The notes beneath the pieces were generated by a model. It had not been told where the DNA came from. It did not search any database and saw only the letters and a list, made by a program, of their open reading frames with translations. The translations under genes were made by a program, and so were the position numbers. From the NCBI GenBank assembly GCA_902784805.1, contig CACZWD010000017.1:1-55747 (forward strand): a stretch of 55,747 nucleotides of DNA. Reading direction: 5' to 3'. The DNA is from an uncultured Ruminococcus sp. (GTDB taxonomy: Bacteria; Bacillota; Clostridia; RUG12999). Shown here in pieces: positions 50,205-55,747 of this stretch (its first letter is position 1; every line of letters starts with the position of its first letter).

Positions 50205-50755
50205 TTTATTATTTCCAAATTTTGTGGTATAATATATACAGACAGCATAATATAAGTATATTGTAATTATGTATATAAACAGGTTTTTTTAAAGCTGATA
50301 CGCTGAGAGCTTTATTTTTTAATGAAAGCCTGTTAAAATATAAACTAAGCGCGAGCGGATTAAAAGCGGCGTTTTTAAATTTGTTTTAAGGTGCTTATCC
50401 TTAAAACCTTTCATTCAGGCGGTTCTTGTACGGAAATAGTGAACCGGTGCAGTACGCCGTAACACTTAAAGCGTTAAAGACTTCTCCTCCGCCGGCAGGC
50501 GGTGGTGATGTACAGTCGGCTTTACCGACGTTATGAACAGTTATTTATTGCCTTCACCTCACAGTGGAAGGCACGGGAAATGTTTCTTTTATGTGTTACG
50601 GCACAGTATGAATTTTTTATGCCGCAAGGGACTGAAAATTATTGATTTTTTGTTTTATTACGCTTCTGTTTCTTAAAAACAGGGCTTATTCTTCATTTTC
50701 TTTGTCCTTTTATCCGCGATAACTTACATATCTGATTTATGAAAGGACAGAATCA
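50205..50755 (+). promoter_or_regulatory. Promoter and long structured 5' leader of rnj
   Basis: TTTATT-17-TATAAT with extended TG (50205-50233). Many helices, including a 10-bp stem 50456-65/50593-602 and an SD-sequestering stem 50701-13/50739-51. Confidence 0.6.
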
Positions 50756-52606
50756 ATGGCAATTATTTCAAAAACAAATTCAGGTAAAAGCAAAGCTCCC
50801 GTTGCAAAACGAGGCGCGAAAAATGTTTTGACCGAAAAAACGAACAGGACAGGGCAGACGCGAAAAATATCCGATAAACAGGGCGGTTCACGCTCTGTGA
50901 CAAAAGTTTCCAATGCTCATAATGTTAAAGACACGGTGAAAAAGCTTTCAAATCTTAAATTTTACGCTCTCGGAGGTCTTGATGAAATCGGAAAAAATAT
51001 GTATGTTTACGAGTATGGTGATGACATACTTGTGGTTGACAGCGGTCTTGCTTTTCCGGACGATGAAATGCCGGGTATTGACCTTGTAATTCCGGATATA
51101 TCATATCTTTTGAAAAACAAGGACAAAATTCATGGCATAATAATAACTCACGGTCATGAAGACCATATCGGAGCGCTTCCGTACGTGCTTAAAGAGCTTA
51201 ATGTTCCCGTTTATGCCACAAACCTTACTATCGGGCTTATTAAATATAAGCTTTCCGAGCATGGTATATTAAACAACTGCCGGCTTAACACAATAAAGGC
51301 AGGCAACAAATTTAAGCTGGGCGCGTTTACCGTTGAAGTAATACACTCAAACCATTCCATAGCCGACAGCGTTATGTTCGCAATCCATTCGCCCGTCGGC
51401 ACGGTTATTCATACCGGAGATTTTAAAATTGACTGTACTCCCATTGACGGCTCCATGATAGACCTTGCAAAGCTTGGAGAGCTTGGCAAAAAAGGCGTTC
51501 TTGCCCTTGTTTCGGATAGTACAAACGCCGAAAGAACAGGATATACAATGAGTGAGCGTTCTGTCGGGGCAAAATTTGACGAAATTTTTTCTACCGCAAC
51601 GGATAAACGTATTATAGTCGCGACCTTTGCTTCAAATATTCACAGAGTACAGCAGGTTATTGATTCTGCCGTTAAATATGGCAGAAAGGTTGCGGTTTCG
51701 GGCAGAAGTATGGAAAATATCCTTATTGTCGCTTCGGAGCTTGGTTATATGAAAATTCCAAAAGGAACGGTAATAAAGCTTGACGAGGTTAAACGTTACC
51801 CGCCGGGCAAGGTTGTTGTCTGCACAACAGGAAGTCAGGGCGAGCCCATGGCAGGGCTTGCGCGTATGGCAACAAACGACCATAAAATGATAGAAATAAC
51901 CGCAAATGATGTTGTTGTCATTTCAGCAAGCCCGATACCGGGCAACGAAAAAATGATTTCAAAGGTCGTTGACGAGCTTTTCAAAAAAGGCGCGGAAGTT
52001 ATATATAACGCTCTTGACGATATACACGTTTCGGGTCATGCGAAAACCGAGGAGCTTAAAATTGTTATCGGTATAACAAAACCGAAATTCTTTATTCCCG
52101 TGCATGGTGAACACCGTCACCTTATGCTTCATAAGCATCTCGCGGAGGTTATGGGCGTACCGACTAAAAACTGCTTTATTATGGGGCTTGGGCAGGTGTT
52201 TGAAACGGACGGTAAAACCGCGAAGATAAACGGCAGTGTGCCTTCGGGCAAAGTGCTTATTGATGGTCTTGGTGTCGGCGATGTGGGCAATATTGTGCTT
52301 CGTGACAGAAAGCATCTTGCACAGGACGGGCTTATTGTTATTATAATCTCAATTGATTCAGTTTCAGGAGAAGTGATTTCGGAGCCCGATATTATTTCGA
52401 GAGGCTTTGTATATGTACGGGAATCGGAAGATTTAATTGTAGAAATAAGAAAACGCACACTTGAAGCAATAGCTGATTGCTCTTACGAAAGATATCAAAA
52501 AGATTGGGGTGCGCTTAAAATTGCTGTTAGAAGTCACCTTAATACCTACCTTTACCAGAAAACAAAACGCAGTCCTATGCTGCTTCCTGTGATTGTAGAG
52601 GTGTGA
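50756..52606 (+). CDS. rnj: Ribonuclease J
   Basis: LGGLDEIGKNM, THGHEDHIG, HTGDFK, FASNIHR, TGSQGEP, HVSGH and PVHGE motifs. Basic N-terminal extension. Confidence 0.98.
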   Translation: MAIISKTNSGKSKAPVAKRGAKNVLTEKTNRTGQTRKISDKQGGSRSVTKVSNAHNVKDTVKKLSNLKFYALGGLDEIGKNMYVYEYGDDILVVDSGLAFPDDEMPGIDLVIPDISYLLKNKDKIHGIIITHGHEDHIGALPYVLKELNVPVYATNLTIGLIKYKLSEHGILNNCRLNTIKAGNKFKLGAFTVEVIHSNHSIADSVMFAIHSPVGTVIHTGDFKIDCTPIDGSMIDLAKLGELGKKGVLALVSDSTNAERTGYTMSERSVGAKFDEIFSTATDKRIIVATFASNIHRVQQVIDSAVKYGRKVAVSGRSMENILIVASELGYMKIPKGTVIKLDEVKRYPPGKVVVCTTGSQGEPMAGLARMATNDHKMIEITANDVVVISASPIPGNEKMISKVVDELFKKGAEVIYNALDDIHVSGHAKTEELKIVIGITKPKFFIPVHGEHRHLMLHKHLAEVMGVPTKNCFIMGLGQVFETDGKTAKINGSVPSGKVLIDGLGVGDVGNIVLRDRKHLAQDGLIVIIISIDSVSGEVISEPDIISRGFVYVRESEDLIVEIRKRTLEAIADCSYERYQKDWGALKIAVRSHLNTYLYQKTKRSPMLLPVIVEV

Positions 52607-52779
52607 TTTTTAATAATTTATACAAATATCAGGTATAACAAATGCATATATTTATGCAAATTGCAAATGAAAACCTTGAAAAACGCTGAAAAACATTAAA
52701 ATAAACTGATTTCACGAGATATTCGGCTCACAATATATATTATTTGTCAAATTTGAACAAATATGACACTGCTCACTAC

Positions 52780-53085
52780 TTGAAATTGTAGCAAAATGAT
52801 GGTATAATTAAGACAGAAAGAGAGGAAAGGGTGAGTCCAATGGCAAAGTAAGGGAAGTACGGGATACGGTTATAACGTACTTATAAATTTTGAAAATTTT
52901 CTTTTTATATAGATTTAAAATTTTCTTGTTGGAGGTGTTACCGCCGGAACTGCTGAATATTTAATGAAATTTAACAGTTTATCTCATTTAAAAAGAGATT
53001 TTAAAAAAGAGGTAATATGTATGGAGGGTAATCCACCTAAATAATAATTCCCCCGGTCAGAAGTAAAGCGACCGGGGGTTGTTTT
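52780..53085 (+). ncRNA. Candidate small RNA or sORF transcript
   Basis: TTGAAA-17-TATAAT with extended TG (52780-52808). Terminator hairpin at 53050-53078. No ORF of 60 aa or more in between. Confidence 0.4.
53050..53085. terminator. Terminator hairpin
   Basis: CCCCCGGTC-11 nt-GACCGGGGG followed by TTGTTTT. Confidence 0.8.
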
Positions 53086-53096
53086 ATATATGATTT

Positions 53097-54266
53097 TTAT
53101 TTTAGCTCTTTTAAAAACTCCGCTATGCGTTTAAGCGCAAGGTCAATATTTTTTATGGAATAGCAGTAAGACGCTCTTATAAAGCCTTCGCCGCTTGTTC
53201 CGAAAGCGTCACCCGGAATTACCGCGACTTTTTTGCTGTAAAGCAGTTTTTCGCAAAATTCCGCGGATGTCATACCTGTGCTTTTAATACTTGGGAACAC
53301 ATAAAACGCTCCAAGTGGCTCAAAACATTCAAGACCCATTTTCCTAAAACCGTCAACCATTACACGTCTTCTGTAATTATATTCGTTTTTCATACGCTCA
53401 ATATCTTCGTCGCAGCTTTTCAAAGCTTCAATTGCGGCGTATTGACTTGTAGTTGGCGCGGACATAATGGCAAATTGATGAATTTTAATCATCGCGTTTA
53501 TTAAGGTAGGATGACCTGCCGCGTAGCCGAGGCGCCAGCCGGTCATGGCGTAAGCCTTTGAAAAACCGTTTACAACAACCGTCCTTTCAAACATACCAGG
53601 AAGCGACGCTATCGACACGTGAGGCGCGCCGTATGTAAGCTCAGAATATATTTCGTCAGAAAGCACAATTATATTTGTATCACGTATGACCGCCGCGATT
53701 TTTTCGAGATCTTCTTTTGTCATAACAGCGCCTGTCGGGTTGTTTGGATAAGGGAGCACAAGAAGCTTTGTTTTTGGCGTAATTGCAGCTTTTAAAGCTT
53801 CCGGAGTAAGCTTAAACGCGTCTTCAGCTTTTGTGACTATCGGTATAGGAATTCCGCCGGCCAGCAAAGTGCAAGGAGTGTAACATACAAAACTCGGCTC
53901 CGGTATAAGCACTTCGTCGCCATCATTTACAAGCGCTCGTATGCAGTCATCAATAGCTTCACTGCCGCCCACTGTTACCATTATTTCATTTTTCGGATTA
54001 TATTTTAAGTTAAATCTTCGTTCAAGGTAGTTTGCTATTTCAGATCGTAAATCCGATAGTCCCCAATTTGAAGTATAATGAGTATTACCTCGTTCAAGCG
54101 AATATATACCCGCTTCTCGTATAGCCCACGGCGTTACAAAATCAGGCTCACCGACGCCGAGAGAAATAGCGTCTTTCATTTCGGCAACAATATCAAAAAA
54201 CTTTCTTATTCCCGAAGGTTTTGTTGATTTTACTTTATCGGAAAGTAACTTTTCAATATCGTTCAC
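53097..54266 (-). CDS. Class I/II aminotransferase (YugH/PatA-like)
   Basis: SGIRKFFD, SLGVGEPDF, YPNNPTG and SKAYAMTGWRLGY motifs. Confidence 0.95.
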   Translation of the reverse strand: MNDIEKLLSDKVKSTKPSGIRKFFDIVAEMKDAISLGVGEPDFVTPWAIREAGIYSLERGNTHYTSNWGLSDLRSEIANYLERRFNLKYNPKNEIMVTVGGSEAIDDCIRALVNDGDEVLIPEPSFVCYTPCTLLAGGIPIPIVTKAEDAFKLTPEALKAAITPKTKLLVLPYPNNPTGAVMTKEDLEKIAAVIRDTNIIVLSDEIYSELTYGAPHVSIASLPGMFERTVVVNGFSKAYAMTGWRLGYAAGHPTLINAMIKIHQFAIMSAPTTSQYAAIEALKSCDEDIERMKNEYNYRRRVMVDGFRKMGLECFEPLGAFYVFPSIKSTGMTSAEFCEKLLYSKKVAVIPGDAFGTSGEGFIRASYCYSIKNIDLALKRIAEFLKELK

Positions 54267-54757
54267 AGTGTAATCACCTGCCTGTCGTCAACTTCCTCAC
54301 CTACAAATATAACGCCCTGCTCTTTATATTTTTTAAGAACAAAATGCGTTGCCGTACTTATTACGGCTTCCATGGGAGCAAGTTTTTCCGCGACAAACAT
54401 TGCGACCTCTTTCATGGTTTTTCCTTTTATAATAACAGTAAGGTCAAAACCGCCCGACATAAGGTAAACTGTATCAACCTGCGGATACTTGTATATTCTG
54501 TCCGCGATTTTATCAAAGCCCTCTCCTCGCTGCGGGGTAACTTTAAGCTCAATAAGAGCCACAACGTTATCCGAAACTATTTTTTCCCAATTTATCATTG
54601 CCTTATAGCCGAGAATGATTTTATCCTCTTCAAGTTCATCTATTGCTGCTATAACAAGGCTTTCATCGGCAGCAAGCATCGTAGCGATTTCAGCCGGCGT
54701 GTGCTTGCAGTTGTCACCGATTATATTAAGGATTTTATTTTTTAAATTTTCTTTCAT
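54263..54757 (-). CDS. Lrp/AsnC family regulator (YugG-like)
   Basis: HTH domain, then YLMSGGFDL and STATHFVLKKYK. Overlaps the aminotransferase start. Confidence 0.93.
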   Translation of the reverse strand: MKENLKNKILNIIGDNCKHTPAEIATMLAADESLVIAAIDELEEDKIILGYKAMINWEKIVSDNVVALIELKVTPQRGEGFDKIADRIYKYPQVDTVYLMSGGFDLTVIIKGKTMKEVAMFVAEKLAPMEAVISTATHFVLKKYKEQGVIFVGEEVDDRQVITL

Positions 54758-54805
54758 ATTAGGTCTCCTTAATTCCATTCCGCCGCTTCGGGCGGCAAAT
54801 AACAA

Positions 54806-55450
54806 TCAATATTCCGAAATGGCGTCATCAAGCGCTTTTTTATATGCTGACATTGCAGCGATAAGATTCTGTCTTGAAACAATAATCTTGCGCTTAAAAT
54901 CCTCCGAATTTTCGACCAGCTTTTTATATTTGTTTTCCGCGGCAAGAAGCTTAGTGTCAGCAAGTCGTGACGCGTCGGCAAGAATACTGTCCGCCTTGCG
55001 GCGCGCTTCCTCAAGCACGCAATCCGCCTTTTCTTCGGCACTTATAAGCGCAGAGGGTATGTGGCTTCTTTCGTTTTCATAGACAGAAATTTTTTCTTCA
55101 AGCTTTAGTTTTTCATCTTCAAGAAGGCATGTTTTTTCTGAATATTCCGCAAGCTCTTTTTTTATTTCCTCAAACTCATCACCGATGCTTTTGACCTTTA
55201 CGAGCGCTTCGGCAAGAGCTTTTTGCAAAGCTGACTTTTCTTTGGAAAGTTCTTCTATACGGAGATCTTTTTCTTCAATTGTTTTTTCATAGGAGTCTGC
55301 TTTTTGTTCGGAATCTTTTCGTTGTGAGGCAATATTTGCTTCATACGCCGAAATTTTAGACTTCATCTCAAGGTCAAGTTCCGCAACATACGAATGAACA
55401 TCTTCTTTGTTGTATCCCATAAAGGAATTTTTCAGTTTCTTTTCAACCAC
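54806..55450 (-). CDS. DivIVA-domain-like coiled-coil protein
   Basis: SFMGYNKEDVHSYV DivIVA motif, long coiled coil, ALISAEEKA. Confidence 0.75.
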   Translation of the reverse strand: MVEKKLKNSFMGYNKEDVHSYVAELDLEMKSKISAYEANIASQRKDSEQKADSYEKTIEEKDLRIEELSKEKSALQKALAEALVKVKSIGDEFEEIKKELAEYSEKTCLLEDEKLKLEEKISVYENERSHIPSALISAEEKADCVLEEARRKADSILADASRLADTKLLAAENKYKKLVENSEDFKRKIIVSRQNLIAAMSAYKKALDDAISEY

Positions 55451-55612
55451 ATATATACCTCCTTTCGTCTATATATACCAAATCTATTACATTATACTAC
55501 AAAAAGGAAAAAATGTCAAGTTTAAAACAAGGCTTGCGTTTTATTTCAATGTTCAATTGCACTCATAATTAACAACTGAACAAATAAATTTTGAAAAAAT
55601 TTTAAAAAAGAC

Positions 55613-55747
55613 TTGAAATTGGTAAAAAAATATGTTATAATACTACAAGTATTAAAATACACACACTGTGCGCTTTTCCCAGGTGCCTTTGCTCACGGCT
55701 TTAGGAAAAATACGGCGGCGGTGGAGGAAAATTAACCGAAAGAGGTG
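55613..55747 (+). promoter_or_regulatory. Promoter and probable rpsB (S2) leader
   Basis: TTGAAA-17-TATAAT (55613-55641). ACACACAC...GGTGCC...GGTGGAGG...AACC pattern typical of Firmicute rpsB leaders, ending at an RBS (GAGGTG). The downstream gene is outside the window. Confidence 0.6.

Overview
Mostly core chromosomal DNA from a spore-forming Clostridia-type Firmicute (spmAB, yaaL, AbrB, SLH proteins, many near-consensus sigma-A promoters). In order it carries: tRNA-Arg(CCG), nif3-rluA, rpmE, trpS-tagO-wecB, an RpiR-linked carbohydrate/redox locus (ADPS-like FAD oxidoreductase, Fe-S protein, IolB, DUF4867, FGGY kinase, fused EtfB-EtfA), a complete probably Na+-type V/A-ATPase operon, an AraC/glycosidase-like pair, surface proteins, paaK-ACT, dnaD-dnaC-like genes, ligA, htrA, rnj, an Lrp-aminotransferase pair and a probable rpsB leader. 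I found no CRISPR array, prophage, integrase or transposase. The most interesting signals are non-coding. (1) A candidate Phe-sensing leader-peptide attenuator upstream of phenylacetate-CoA ligase, with promoter, Phe-rich sORF, antiterminator and terminator. (2) Three copies of a MITE-like element, each flanked by a 19-26 bp duplication of a whole hairpin. (3) A highly structured leader of about 515 nt before RNase J, with mutually exclusive SD-sequestering helices. (4) A promoter- and terminator-bounded transcript of about 270 nt with no long ORF. A 58-bp tandem duplication also frameshifts the end of V-ATPase subunit I. Product names come from recognising motifs by eye, not from database searches.
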